From the NCBI GenBank assembly GCA_963735175.1, contig CAVTJX010000017.1, positions 1,793 through 65,792 of the forward strand: a stretch of DNA of 64,000 bases, given 5' to 3'. Within the stretch, counting starts at the first letter, position 1; each line of letters opens with the position of its first letter. Positions 1 to 10,767 of this stretch are shown piece after piece. Source of the DNA: an uncultured bacterium (GTDB taxonomy: Bacteria; Electryoneota; RPQS01). The notes beneath the pieces were generated by a model that was not told the origin of the DNA, made no database searches, and saw only the letters and a list, made by a program, of their open reading frames with translations. The translations under genes were made by a program, and so were the position numbers.

Positions 1-1024
1 TGGTGATCTCCACCGTCTTGCCGTTGTAAGCCGTATAGATATCCGACGGCCGGTAAGCGTCGGGACCAATCGCGTTTTCCGTCAGACCCAGCACGCCGAC
101 AACGCGGATCTTCGGCTTCAGTTCGACCACGCCATGCATCGCCGCCAGCACTGCCGACGCGCCGCTCATGTCGGACTTCATTTCGTCCATCGACATGACT
201 TTGATGTTGAGACCGCCGGAATCAAAAACCATCCCCTTGCCGACGAGGGCAATCGTCTGCTTCGCGCCGCGCGGATTCCAGTCCATGATGACGAGCTTGG
301 GCGGCATGGCGCTGCCCTTGTTGACGGCGAGTAACAAATTCAAGCCGAGGCGCTGCAACTGCGCGCGTTCGAGCACGGTCACCTTGAATCCCGGAGCCTT
401 CAGCTTTTTCGCCGCTTTCGCCAGATAATCGGTGTTGACGACATTGGTGGGATGCGTCGACCACTCGCGGGCGCGGTTGGTGCACTCGGCCAGCACACGC
501 AGGCGCGGCAGCGCGCGCTGCGCTTCCGCCTTGCGCAGGGCGGTGGAGTAGTGGATGACGACGGACGTCAGCTCTTTGACTTCGCCTTTGGGCTGGCGCT
601 GGTAGTGATCAAAGCGCCAGTTGCCGAGAACAATGCCGTCAACCATCGCGCGGGTCACATCGGCGGCGGTGAATTCGGCGGCCAGGCTGTATTCCTTCAC
701 CACCACCAGCGTCTTCGCGCCGTGGTCGCGGGCATCACGCACCACCGCTCCCGTCGCGTAGCGCAGCCGCTGCCAGGTGAAGTCCTTGCGCGCGCCCAGC
801 CCGTGCAGAATGATCAGCGGCGAAACTGCGCGGTCGGTGTAGTGGCGGAGTAGTTCGTCTTTTTTGCCGGTGAACTTGGCGGCCGCGATGAGTTTCATCA
901 GCACTTTGACCGTCTCGCGGTCGAGCACCGGCAGGCGCGGGGCTTTCACTTCGTCGTCAAAGAGAAGAACAGCCACGGCATGGGGGCTGTCCTTCAGGGG
1001 ACCGGTGGCGGTGAGAATTTTCAC
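1..1024 (-). CDS. pepA: Leucyl aminopeptidase (M17), N-terminal ~340 aa; C-terminus runs off the window start
   Basis: Hand translation from GTG at 1024: VKILTATGPLKD...VGKGMVFDSGGLNIK...MKSDMSGA (M17 motifs). No stop before position 1. The GTG overlaps the panD stop (GTGA). Confidence 0.85.
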   Translation of the reverse strand, partial: MKILTATGPLKDSPHAVAVLLFDDEVKAPRLPVLDRETVKVLMKLIAAAKFTGKKDELLRHYTDRAVSPLIILHGLGARKDFTWQRLRYATGAVVRDARDHGAKTLVVVKEYSLAAEFTAADVTRAMVDGIVLGNWRFDHYQRQPKGEVKELTSVVIHYSTALRKAEAQRALPRLRVLAECTNRAREWSTHPTNVVNTDYLAKAAKKLKAPGFKVTVLERAQLQRLGLNLLLAVNKGSAMPPKLVIMDWNPRGAKQTIALVGKGMVFDSGGLNIKVMSMDEMKSDMSGASAVLAAMHGVVELKPKIRVVGVLGLTENAIGPDAYRPSDIYTAYNGKTVEIT

Positions 1025-1401
1025 GGCTGTTTCCTCAGCGTATGGTGCAATACTTTCGTCGGGTGATTATCGCCGTCGACCAACACTATTGTGGGCTGGT
1101 GTGTGGCGAGTTCGGCCTCGTCCAGGATCACGTAGCTCGCGATGATCACCCGGTCGCCGGGCTCGGCCAGGCGCGCCGCGGCGCCGTTCAGTGCAATCGC
1201 GCCCGAGCCGCGCGCGGCGGGAATGGCGTACGTGTCGAGGCGCGCGCCGGTGGTCGCGTTCCAGATATAGATACGCTCGAAGGGCAGAATGTTCGCCGCG
1301 TCGAGCAGGTCTTCATCGATACCGCACGAGCCCTCGTATTCGAGATCGGTCCGGGTCACGCGCGCCGAGTGAATTTTACCGCCAAGAAGTTCGCGTTTCA
1401 T
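1021..1401 (-). CDS. panD: Aspartate 1-decarboxylase
   Basis: MKRELLGGKIHSARVTRTDLEYEGSCGIDEDLL... with the EGS self-cleavage motif. Internal ATG of track ORF 1021..1500. Confidence 0.9.
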   Translation of the reverse strand: MKRELLGGKIHSARVTRTDLEYEGSCGIDEDLLDAANILPFERIYIWNATTGARLDTYAIPAARGSGAIALNGAAARLAEPGDRVIIASYVILDEAELATHQPTIVLVDGDNHPTKVLHHTLRKQP

Positions 1402-1414
1402 CCAGGTCTCCGTT

Positions 1415-2363
1415 CTATCCGGGGCAGCAGGCCGGCGAAGCGTCTGGCGGTATTCGGCCGACCAGCCGTTCCACGACCGCGGACGCCGGCAGGATCTCAT
1501 GGATCATGCCCGCGCCCATCCCCGCTTCAAATTGACCTTCCTCCCAATCGCCTTCAAAGATGCCGCGCCGTTCGCGTTTCGCATCCAATAGCTGGCGCAA
1601 CTCTTCCGCGCTCGCCCCGCGCCGTTCCGCTTCCACGGCCTGAAGCGCGAACGGATTCTTCAGCATACGCGTGGGGCCGATGGCCTTCAGCGAGAGCACG
1701 GTGGCGGCTTCCCCCGCTTCGACTACCGCCTGCTTGTAACGATCCGATGCTGAAGACTCGACAGTAGCGGCGAAGCGCGTGCCGATCTGCACGCCGTCCG
1801 CGCCGAGCGCCATCGCCGCCGCAATCTGCCGGCCGTTGACAATACCGCCCGCCGCCAGCACGGGAATGCTCACCGCTTCACGCACCTGCGGCACCAGCAC
1901 GAACGTCGGGATCTCGTCCACGCCGTTGTGCCCGCCCGCTTCCGTGCCCTCGCAGACGACGGCGTCGACGCCGCGCTCGGCGGCTTTCTGCGCAAAGTTT
2001 GGCCGAGGGCACGACATGGACGACGATGACGCCCGCGGCTTTCAGCATTGCCGTGTAGACCGCCGGGTTGCCCGCCGCCGTGAAGACGATGCGCACGCCT
2101 TCTTCCACACAGACGTCGATGAGCTGCGCCGCATCGCCCCGCAAGAGCGGCACATTGACGCCGAAGGGAGTATCGCCGAGGGCGGCGCGCGCCTTGATGA
2201 TGTGCTCGCGCAGTAAATCCGGTTTCATTGATCCCGAGCCGATCAGGCCCAGCGCGCCCGCGCGGCTCACGGCGACACAGAGTTTCCATCCCGAGGTCCA
2301 GACCATGCCGGCCTGTACAATGGGATAGCGAATGCTGAACAGTTCCGTGACGCGGCTATGCAT
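1415..2363 (-). CDS. Nitronate monooxygenase / FabK-like FMN oxidoreductase, frame-broken near 1994-2000
   Basis: ORFs 1878..2426 and 1415..2017 together give MHSRVTELFSIRYPIVQAGM...VVPSAKL|AQKAAERGVDAVVCEGTEAGGH...GADGVQIGTRF. One +1 break lies at AAA-CTT-T-GCG. Confidence 0.7.
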
Positions 2364-2452
2364 CTTGCCCCATCCAAGCGCGACAGCCGCACGAAGGTTG
2401 CTTCGCGCGGCCGGCAGTGATTTCACGAAGCGTGTGGCCGCGCGTCAAAGAC

Positions 2453-3053
2453 TCAGTGCCCCCGCGCCAGTTTTACGAGATCGATCCGCCCCACTGGGGC
2501 GCCTTCGAGTTCTTCGGGATATTGCGGATGCGTCGTCAGGGCCGAGTTACGCAACAGGAAATCGCGGTCGATGTAGAACTCACCACGTTGATAGCCGCCC
2601 AGCTCCAGATAGCCCGTGTCCATGCGGATCGCGTCCTCGGGACAGGCCTCGACGCACAGACCGCAGTAACAGCAGCGCAGCAGGTCGATCTCGAAAGCGA
2701 CCGGATATTTTTCGATGCGGCCATCTTCGGTCTCGCCAGCGGTGATGTAAATGCAGCGGTCGGGGCAGGCGGTCTCGCACATCATACAGGCGACGCAGCG
2801 CGGCGCGCCGTCGGGCCGGAGCATCAGGCGGTGCAGGCCGCGCCAGCGGGGCGAGATCGGACGGCGCTCTTCAGGGTATTGAATCGTTACCGCCGGCGGC
2901 TTAGTCTTCATCCCCAACGCGCGGCCCGTGTGACGCGCGAGGTTGACGAAGAAGTGGCGGCTGGTGATGACCAGACCCTTCCAGAGTTCCGGATAGTAGG
3001 TCTTCTGCCAGAAGGGTGAGTTCGACCCGGCGGACCGGTTTGACGTCGATCAT
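2453..3053 (-). CDS. nuoI: NADH-quinone oxidoreductase subunit I, +1 break near 3011
   Basis: Two 4Fe-4S motifs (CVACMMCETACP, CCYCGLCVEACP). The N-terminus MIDVKPVRRVELTL is in another frame and joins WQKTYYPELWKGLVITSRHFF at ACC-CTT-C-TGG. Confidence 0.85.
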
Positions 3054-3079
3054 ATCAGCAAGTTTTCCGTTGCATCGTC

Positions 3080-4182
3080 TTAAGAGATGAGCATGAGGAC
3101 GAGGCCCGTGACGCCAATGTTCACGAGGGCGACGGGCATCGCCTCGCGCCACGAGGCGCGCATGAGCTGGTCGTAGCGGAAGCGCGGGTAGGTCCAGCGG
3201 ATCTGCATTTGCAGCCACATCAGCGCCGCGACCTTAAAGCCGAAGGCCAACATGCGCAGCGCGACTACGAGCCACTCGGTCACGGGCAGTAGGCGCCGCC
3301 GGGAAAATGAAAGCCGGAGTTGCCGCCCATCTCCACCGCGCCGTAAAGGTAGGGGATCTGGTAGCCGCCGAAGAAGATGGTCACGATGATGCCCGCGAGC
3401 ACGACGATTTCGGCGAATTCGCCGAGGAAGAACATGCCCCAGCGCATGCCGGAGTATTCGGTGGCAAAGCCGATGATTTCCGATTCGCCCTCGGGCAGAT
3501 CGAAGGGTGCGCGTTTGGTTTCGGCCATCGCCGCAGGTAAAAACAGCAGGAAAGCAATGGGCTGCACGATGATGCCCCACTTGGGCAGCCAGCCCCACAG
3601 CAGTTCGTTCTGCGCGGCCACCATCACCGACGGGTTCAGTGTGTGGAAGACGAGCACCGGGCCGATCAGCGCGAGGCCGAGCACGACCTCGTAGGAGATC
3701 ATCTGCGCCCCGCCGCGCATACCGCCCAACAGCGAGTATTTATTATTGGACGCCCAACCCGCGAGGATGGTTCCGTAAACGCCGAGACCCGTAAACGCCA
3801 GAATAAAGAGCACGCCAATGTCGAGGTCAAGGATCTGGAGCTTGATCAGCCGCTCGCCAATTTGAATGGGCGGGCCGAAAGGCAGCACGGCAAAGAGCAG
3901 GAAGACCGGCAGCATGGCAAAGATCGGGGCCAGCGCCCAAACCACTCGCAACGCCTTGGGAGGAATGAAGTCCTCCTTGAAGATCAACTTGATGGCGTCG
4001 GCAAAGGAATTGATGAGACCCCACAAGCGGATGCCGAGAATCGCGGCTCGGTTGGCGCCGATGCGGTCGGAGATCAGCGCGGCCTGCTTGCGCTCGACCC
4101 ACGTGAGGATCAGCGCGCCGGTCATGATACCGCCGAAGACGACCGCGATCTTGGCGAGGATGATGGCGAGATCAATTAACAT
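3080..4182 (-). CDS. nuoH: NADH-quinone oxidoreductase subunit H, -1 break near 3290 (C-run)
   Basis: ORF 3280..4182 (GWASNNKYSLLGGMRGGAQMISYEV...) continues in ORF 3080..3598 (LLPVTEWLVVALRMLAFGFKVAALMWLQMQIRWTYPRFRYDQLM). Confidence 0.85.
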
Positions 4183-4293
4183 GCGTGCTCATAAACCTCA
4201 AATGCCTTGATCAAGTGTCTTGACAAAGAATCCAATCTGGATCCGCCGGACTCTTGATGCCACAGCCTTACCAACCTTATGAAGTAAGCAGAT

Positions 4294-4887
4294 TCACTTT
4301 GTCGTTTCATCGGCAGCATGAAGGATGCCATTCGCCTTCCGAATTGCTGAAAATACTCGAGGGAGATTCTGCATCGACATGTGACATCCGGCTATGGAGA
4401 TGTCTCCAGAATACAGCCATAACTCTTGTTTATTGCCTTTTTGCGAAAGCCGGATGCTGAAATCGTCAGAGGATCGGTACCGAATCTCGTCATGTTCTAG
4501 ACGACTTTGAGCCCATTTCTGAGATGCCGTCGCGATATATTCTACCACACGCAACAGCGATTCCACATCCTCGGGATCGAGGTAGCTGATATTCGTTTTC
4601 CCATAGCCACTGGGTTGCGAAATCGTGATTTGCAACCCCTGTGATACCGGAGAATCAGAATCGGGATGAAAATGTTTGACAACCTCAAAACTCGCCGTAC
4701 CAAAGCTGCCATTAATTTCGTCGATGGCTTGATACTGAACGAGTAGCAATTCCCCACGTGTATTCAACGCACGTTCAAGATTTGTCTCATTCTCCGATAC
4801 AGACGAGGCACTCGTAGTCGATTGGGCACGGGTTACGTTTGGCGCAAGCCAACAGATGCAAAGGACGACCATAGAGAGCAGCCGCAT
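4294..4887 (-). CDS. Hypothetical secreted protein, atypical low GC, between nuoG and nuoH
   Basis: Intact 197-aa ORF with the signal peptide MRLLSMVVLCICWLAPNVTRAQS. No motif recognised. Local GC ~45-50% against ~65% in the flanks (hand count of several 60-nt lines). Confidence 0.5.
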   Translation of the reverse strand: MRLLSMVVLCICWLAPNVTRAQSTTSASSVSENETNLERALNTRGELLLVQYQAIDEINGSFGTASFEVVKHFHPDSDSPVSQGLQITISQPSGYGKTNISYLDPEDVESLLRVVEYIATASQKWAQSRLEHDEIRYRSSDDFSIRLSQKGNKQELWLYSGDISIAGCHMSMQNLPRVFSAIRKANGILHAADETTK

Positions 4888-4961
4888 TGACGCCTCCAGG
4901 TTCAGGTAAGGAACTCAAGGGCAAAACGTAAGCCATCTGACGTGTTGGAAATTCCAGCAAA

Positions 4962-6643
4962 TCAGTAAGCGGGCAGGGGATTGGCCGACTGCACTTTACG
5001 ATACGGGGGTTCGGCGACGCCGGTCAACATTTTGCCGGAGAAGCCAAGACCTTCCCAGGTGAGGCCTTTGAAAAATGAACTCTGGGTACCGATGGCGTCG
5101 AAGACGTCGGCAGCAGTGGAGTAATTCCAGACGAAGCCAAGTTGGCCGGCCAGATCGCGCCAGACAGTCCATTCGGGAACTGCCATCTGCAGGGGAGGGA
5201 ACACCTGCTGCGCGCGCTGCACGCGGCCCTGGAAATTGGCGTAGGTCCCGTCGTACTCCGTCCACACGGCCAGCGGGATCACATCGTCCGCGATCGCTGT
5301 GAAGGCGTTCTCGTGCGTGCCCAGATAGAGTATGTAATCACAACGCTGGTCGAGCTTCTGCAGGTCTTTCGCCGACAGCGTCTTCGTAAGATCGTGGCCG
5401 ACAACGATCAGCACGTCGTATTCGCCTTCAATCGCCGCCTTCAGAATATCGTCGCCGGAGCTGCCGCCGCTGACCGTCGCGCCCAGTTCAAGGGCGAGGG
5501 CCCCGCGGCGGTTGGGCGTCAAGTCAGCGCGCATGAGGATCTCGTCTTCCCTGCCCGTTTCTTCGGGGCCGCAGGCGATGTCGATGGCGTCGACTCTGAG
5601 GCTCTCGACGAACAGGCGGCGGAGCAAAAAGAGGTCTTCGTTGGTGGAGTGCGGCGAAGCGAGGACGGCGATCGCGCCTCCCCCCTGCTTCGACATTGCG
5701 GCCTTGATTTTCGCGGCGGCGCGTTCGATGACCTGCGCGACCATCAGCGGGCTGCCGGTGCTTCCGGCTTTGGCGCGCGGGGCGAGCAGACGGTCGGGCG
5801 AGTCGACACGATGATAGCTATAGCGGCCCCGGTCGCAGAGCCACCATTCGTTGACGAGGCGGTTATAGCGCGGTTTGAGACGTTGAATACGGCGCTCGGG
5901 AGCCTTATAGGCGCGTTCCCGCTCCCAATCCACATGAATGTTACAGCCACGCGAACAGCCGGTGCAAATCGACGGAGCGCGCTTCAAATACCAGACGCGG
6001 CGCTTGAAGCGGAAATCCTTGTCGGTCAGCGCGCCGACGGGGCAGAGATCAACGACATTTCCTGCGTAATCGTTGGCAAGCTGCGTGCCGGGGACGCTCA
6101 TCGAGTTCGGCCTCGCCGCCGTGGCCGAAGATACCCAGTTCGTCGACGCCCGCAATCTCACGGCAGAAGCGCACGCAGCGCGAACAGAGCACACAGCGTT
6201 CGCTGTCCAGCACGACGGTGGGACCGACGTCGTAGACTTTGTGCTTGTGGCGCTTTTCGGCGAGGTCGACGCGGCTGTCGTGCAGGCCGTAACGCAGGTA
6301 GTAATTCTGCAGATCGCACTCGCCGGCGTCGTCGCAGATCGGGCAATCGAGCGGGTGATTCTGGAGCAGGAATTCGAGCGCGGAACTCTGTCGCTGGCGA
6401 ATCTCCGCGGTGTCGAAGAAACACCTTCATGCCGTCGACGGCGGTGGTATTGCAGCCGATGACCACGCCGCGGCGCCCGTTCTGCTCGACCTCGACCTGG
6501 CACATGCGGCAAGAGCCGACGATGGCGAGGCCGGGATGATAGCAGTAATGGGGGATCTCGATATTGAGGCGTTTCGCCGCTTCAATCAGATTGGTTCCGG
6601 CGGGAACCTCAACCGGCTTGGAATTTATTTCGATATACGGCAT
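4962..6643 (-). CDS. nuoG: NADH-quinone oxidoreductase subunit G (short form), two +1 breaks (~6415, ~6102)
   Basis: MPYIEINSKPVEVPAGTNLIEAAKRLNIEIPHYCYHPGLAIVGSCRMCQVEV...KVFL | DTAEIRQRQSSALEFLLQNHPLDCPICDDAGECDLQ...CVLCSRCVRFC...GEAEL | MSVPGTQLANDYAGNVVDLCPVGALT... read across three frames. Confidence 0.85.
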
Positions 6644-6706
6644 AGCATGAAGTTTCGACAGGGGACAACGGGGCGCGCCGTCCGAGGGCGTTTCTGACCG
6701 GTTCGA

Positions 6707-8210
6707 TTACAAATAATACGTATGCGCGACGGACCACAACAGCAACGCATTCACCGCCGCGAACAGCAGCAGGATCGCGTGCAGTGTCCAGCGGCGTGAC
6801 GCGCGCGGCGGGGTCCAGCCGCGCAGCAGCAGGAATACAAGCAGACCGAAGCCGGCGGTGGCCGCGAAACGCGCAAGCAACGCCTGATACTGGACGAGCG
6901 GGCGATGGAAACCGCCCCAGCGCACGACCCGTTCCACCGCACCGGCCGCCAGAGTATCCGCCACGAAACTGAAACACACAAGCAGCAAGCCGAGCACGAC
7001 ACCCGTCAGCAGTCGCCACCGCGGGCGCGGCGAACACGGCGCGGCATCCGCCGCGCGCAGCGCCCATACACCCCAAGCAAGGGTGCCGGCGACAAACGGG
7101 AACAGCAAACGACTCGAAAGATTTTGCGACGATTCCCGGCCGACCGTGAGCCAGGCGAGGAAGAAGAGCACGCCACCCAGCAGATATCCGCCGGCCACTC
7201 GCCAGGGAAACTCCATCTTGCTCCGCCGGGCGCCGTAAACGGTGAATGTGAGCGCTGTCAGGAGCAATCCAAGATACAGGCCGTAGTAGAAACCGGGCAG
7301 AAAGATCGAGGCCACGCCCGGCAGTCCCGCCGCGCTGAAGAACGCCCATTGTGCGCTCTTGGCAGTGACGATCACCCACGACTTCACGACAGGGAGCAGC
7401 CCCTGAGCCAGCGTAACCACACGATCCGGCTGCTGCGATTCAAGGACAGCGAGGTGCAGCGAGCGGTACATCGCCCAGCCACTCAACAGCAGTGGAACCG
7501 CAACGATCACCGCGAACCGCCGCCAGCCGCCCACGCGCCGCAGTTGCGGCAACAGCGCGGCGCAGAGCGCAATCCAGAAGAAAAACCACGGTCATCTTCG
7601 TCAGGATCGCCAACGCGAGCACGAATGCCGCGCGGGTCAGATCGGCCAGTCCCGGCTTATTCTGAGCGCGGGCGAGATACAGAAACGCCAGCGCGGACAG
7701 CGCCGCCGCAGGCATATCATTGCCTACGACTCCACCCATGAACGTGGTTTGGGCCGCGAAAGCCCACACACCCGTAACGAGCAGCGACAAGGCCTCCATC
7801 CCACCCAGCAGGATCACCAGACCGCGCCAGAGCCACCAGACCGTCAGGGCCAGCAACAGCGCGTTGGGTACGCGCAATAAATGGAATAGAGCGAGGTCAC
7901 GGGGTGAGGCGGCGGCGCGAATCGCCGAATTGTCGAACAGGTTGGCCCGGCCCGGGACAGAAGATTGATCGAACCGTGGATTCGGTGTCCAGACGATATC
8001 GGACAGGGAAAAGCCGGTGGCTGAGAGGATCACGCTGAGGGCAGCATAGTAGAGCGGCGCCTGATGCCCTTCCCATAGGCTGTCCGCGATAATATCCGCT
8101 TGCGCCGGCAGGTGGTGGTGGTCACGCAGGAACTCGGCGTATCGAATGTGCGCGCCCTCATCAGGGGCTTCACCGACGGGCACCAACAGCCCCCACAACA
8201 GTGCCAGCAA
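6707..8210 (-). CDS. GT-C fold (ArnT/PMT-like, GT39/83-type) integral membrane glycosyltransferase-like protein, +1 break near 7577; N-terminus uncertain (may extend to ~8248)
   Basis: Multi-TM protein with the first-loop motif GEAPDEGAHIRYAEFL. ORF 7440..8210 continues in ORF 6707..7552 at TTT-CTT-C-TGG. It lies between nuoF and nuoG. Confidence 0.55.
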
Positions 8211-8262
8211 ACCGGCGAGGGCGGCGTAAGCAACCGCGGCTCTTCCACGGGTGGCCGTGAAG

Positions 8263-9524
8263 CTACTCCTTCACCAGAGCTTCGAACTCATGGCGGAATT
8301 TCTTGATATAGCTCTTCGTCGGCCAGGCCACAGCTTGCCCGAGGGCGCAAATGGTCTTGCCGTCGATGTTATCCGCCAGTTCAAACAGATCGTCGAGATC
8401 GCGGCGGCGGCCGCGCCCGGACGCGATGCGCGTGGCGATACGCAACAGCCAGCCGGTGCCTTCGCGGCAGGGAGTACACTGGCCGCAGCTTTCGTGGGCG
8501 TAGAAGCGCGTCATCCAGACCATGAGCTTGGGGATGGAAACGCTGTCGTCGAGCACCATCACGGCGGCGGAGCCGAGCATCGAGCCCGCCGCGGAGACGG
8601 ATTCGAAATCGAGTTTCAGGCCTTCACATTCGGCGGCGGTGAGGATGTGCAAGGAAGAACCGCCGGGGATCACGGCTTTGAGCTTGCGGCCTTCCGCGAT
8701 GCCGCCGCCGTGCTCGTAGATAAGGGCGTGCAGCGGCGTGCCCATGGCCAGTTCGTAGACGCCGGGATTCTTCACGCAGCCGGAAAGCGAAAACAGGCCG
8801 GTGCCGCCGTTCTTGGGCGATCCCAGCGCGGCAAAGGCGTCGGCGCCCATTTCGAGGACGCGCGGCACGAAGGCAAGGGTTTCGATATTGTTGACGACCG
8901 TGGGCTTGCCCCAGAAGGCCGACGGCGGCGGGATAGAACGGCGGCTTAAGGCGCGGCCAGCCCTTCTTCCCTTCCAGCGATTCGATGAGCGCCGTTTCCT
9001 CGCCACAGATGTATTGACCCGCGCCGGTGGCCGTGTGGACCTGGCAGGACCAGCCGCTGCCGAAGAATGTTCTCGCCCCAGAAGCCTTTGGCTTTCGCGT
9101 CGGCGATGGCCTTCTCGACACTTCCATGGGATAGAAATATTCGCCGCGGACGTAGACGTAAACGCATTCCGCCTGCACGGCCCAGGCGCAGATCAGCGCG
9201 CCTTCGAGCATCAGGTGCGGGTCGTATTCGAAGAATCAGGCGGTCCTTGCAGGTGCCCGGTTCGGATTCGTCGCCATTGACGCAGACGTAGCGGGGGAAC
9301 TTGTCCTTGGGAATGAAGCCCCACTTGGCGCCGGCGAAGAAGCCCGCACCGCCGTGGCCGCGCAGCCCGGAGGCCTTGACGAGTGTGGTGACTTCCTCCG
9401 GCTTCACCTTCAGGGCGCGCTTGAACATTTCGTAGGCGCCGCGCTGCATGGCGCCGTCGATGGTGGCCTGGCCGGGCGCGGCAAAGTTGCGCAAGACAAG
9501 CCGTACAGTTCCGTTCGCGCTCAT
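8263..9524 (-). CDS. nuoF: NADH-quinone oxidoreductase subunit F, four frame changes (~9230 +1, ~9110 -1, ~9062 +1, ~8914 +1)
   Basis: GLRGHGGAGFFAGAKW, GDESEPGTCKDRLIL|EYDPHLMLEGALI, RGEYFYP..SVEKAIADAKAKGFWGENIL|GSGWSCQVHTATGAGQYICGEETALIESLEGKKGWPRLKPPFYPAAVGL|WGKPTVVNNIETL...ESCGQCTPCREGT, assembled from three track ORFs. Confidence 0.9.
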
Positions 9525-10067
9525 CGCGGCGCTCCTTCGACGGCGCCCACGTTGCCCAGCAGCGGCGTGGGTTCGTCGGGCGTCACGGGCACTCCCTTGC
9601 GGAAGCCGTAGAGGATGCGGTCAAGCTTTCCACTGTAGCTGGTAATACTGGTCCTCGTTGACGAGCATCATCGGCGCCCACGCGCAGCCGCCGAGGCACT
9701 CGACATAGCGCAGCGTGAAGAGGCCGTCGGTCGTCGTGCCGCCGTTATTAATGCCGAGCTTCTTCTTCCAGATGCGCCTGCAAATTCTCCGCGCCGAAGA
9801 GGCGGCGGAGATATTGTGGCAGAGCTGAATGACGTACTTGCCCACCGGGCCGGTGTGGAACATCGAATAGAAGGTGAGCACCTCGCGCACCTTGACGGCG
9901 CTGACGCCCACCGTCTCGGCCAGCCAGCGTTCGGTCTCGGGACTGATGAAGCCGAGTTCGCGCTGGGTTTCGAACATCAGCGGCACAAGCGCCGCCTGGC
10001 GGTGGTCCGCCGGGAAGCGCCGGATAATGTCGTCGGCTTTGCGCGTGAGCGATTCGGGAATTGGCAT
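9521..10067 (-). CDS. nuoE: NADH-quinone oxidoreductase subunit E, compensating frameshift pair (~9790/~9765) and a +1 break near 9635
   Basis: MPIPESLTRKADDIIRRFP...VIQLCHNIS..GAENLQAHLE..KKLGINNGGTTTDGLFTLRYVECLGGCAWAPMMLVNEDQYYQL|SGKLDRILYGFRKG...GAPR*. The stop overlaps the nuoF ATG (ATGA). Confidence 0.8.
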
Positions 10068-10118
10068 CGAAAGGATCAGATGGTGATCGGGAACTTGTAG
10101 AACAAGGAAATCAGGCTT

Positions 10119-10188
10119 CGCCGAGCCGGGTTAAGCGGCCAGTGATCTCGAATCACGGTCACGAATTCAGCTCCGCGCAACCCGGCCG
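10119..10188. repeat. Left repeat pair: CGCCGAGCCGGGTTAAGCGG (10119..10138) and CCGCGCAACCCGGCCG (10173..10188)
   Basis: The outer copy is the exact reverse complement of 10748..10767. The inner copy is the exact reverse complement of 10699..10714. Outer and inner cores are also imperfect inverted repeats of each other (core GCCGGGTTRMGCGG). Confidence 0.85.
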
Positions 10189-10212
10189 AAACCCAGGGGT
10201 TCCACCAAGATG

Positions 10213-10738
10213 CTATCCGCAGTTGAATAGAACCGGTGGTGGTAACTGGACCAACGATAGAGTTCCGGGATCCGGCACAAGGCCCCGGCGCACCGGATTA
10301 TTCGCCATGTAATTTAAGCGTGTCGCCGCGGCATGTCCACCGGGGATGGCAACGGCGTCGTATCTTGCATTCCACAGCGGGCGTCCAGGATAATTCGGCA
10401 ATACCAGGTGTTTCGACGTTTCACGTTTGAACTCAGCCAGGAAGTCCGAAGACCGTACGGTCCGCTTCGTCCTGCAGCACCAGGGCATGCAGATGATCAG
10501 GCATCAGGACATAACCGAAGCACAAGAGCCGATAGCGCTGGCGATAGAACTCGAATCGGCGAAGGATGTACCCGCAAATCACGGTCCGAAACAAACCAAG
10601 TGCCACGGATTCGCGCAACCATAGTAATATACTGAAGGCTTCCGGGGCAATCCAACCGCTGGTGGCGTCGGCGCATGTTTCCCTCCGGATGCAGATTACG
10701 GCCGGGTTGCGCGGATTGGTGTTCGCAGTGGACGGCAA
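10213..10738 (-). CDS. IS200/IS605-family Y1 (HUH) transposase-like protein, REP-associated tyrosine transposase (RAYT)-like; +1 break ~10440-10480
   Basis: YRQRYRLLCFGYVLMPDHLHALV (HUH motif) in ORF 10433..10738 continues as SDFLAEFKRETSKHL...PLWNARYDAVAI...RLNYMANNPVRRGLV (catalytic-Tyr/NPV motif) in ORF 10213..10488. Confidence 0.7.
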
Positions 10739-10767
10739 GGTGGTCGTCCGCTTAACCCGGCTCGGCG
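10699..10767. repeat. Right repeat pair: CGGCCGGGTTGCGCGG (10699..10714) and CCGCTTAACCCGGCTCGGCG (10748..10767)
   Basis: Mirror image of the left pair, read directly from the sequence. Confidence 0.85.

Larger units (their letters stand above)
10119..10767 (-). mobile_element. RAYT/IS200-like Y1 transposase unit bracketed by nested inverted repeats, in the nuoD-nuoE spacer
   Basis: Transposase ORF flanked by four copies of a 16-nt core (see the repeat features). The unit fills the 10068..10775 intergenic gap of the nuo operon. Confidence 0.7.

Noticed and set aside
5142-6539. 465-aa plus-strand ORF. Similar long antisense ORFs occur at 3643..4179, 11088..11774, 14512..15468, 23731..24357, 25492..26340, 26419..27633, 29473..30762, 41161..42309, 45147..46076, 46166..47296, 50386..51657, 51396..52313, 55154..55945 and 58594..59415.
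   Set aside because: Each lies antisense to a gene with clear family motifs (nuoG, nuoH, nuoD, recA, alaS, glyQS, prs, ftsK and others). Their translations are Arg/Ala/Gly/Pro-rich low-complexity sequence, typical of open antisense frames in high-GC DNA.
10140-10147. CAGTGATC at 10140..10147 and 10777..10784 as a target-site duplication of the RAYT unit
   Set aside because: The left copy lies inside the outer inverted repeat rather than outside it. The right copy overlaps the nuoD stop codon. The geometry is inconsistent with a TSD, and an 8-mer match is weak evidence.
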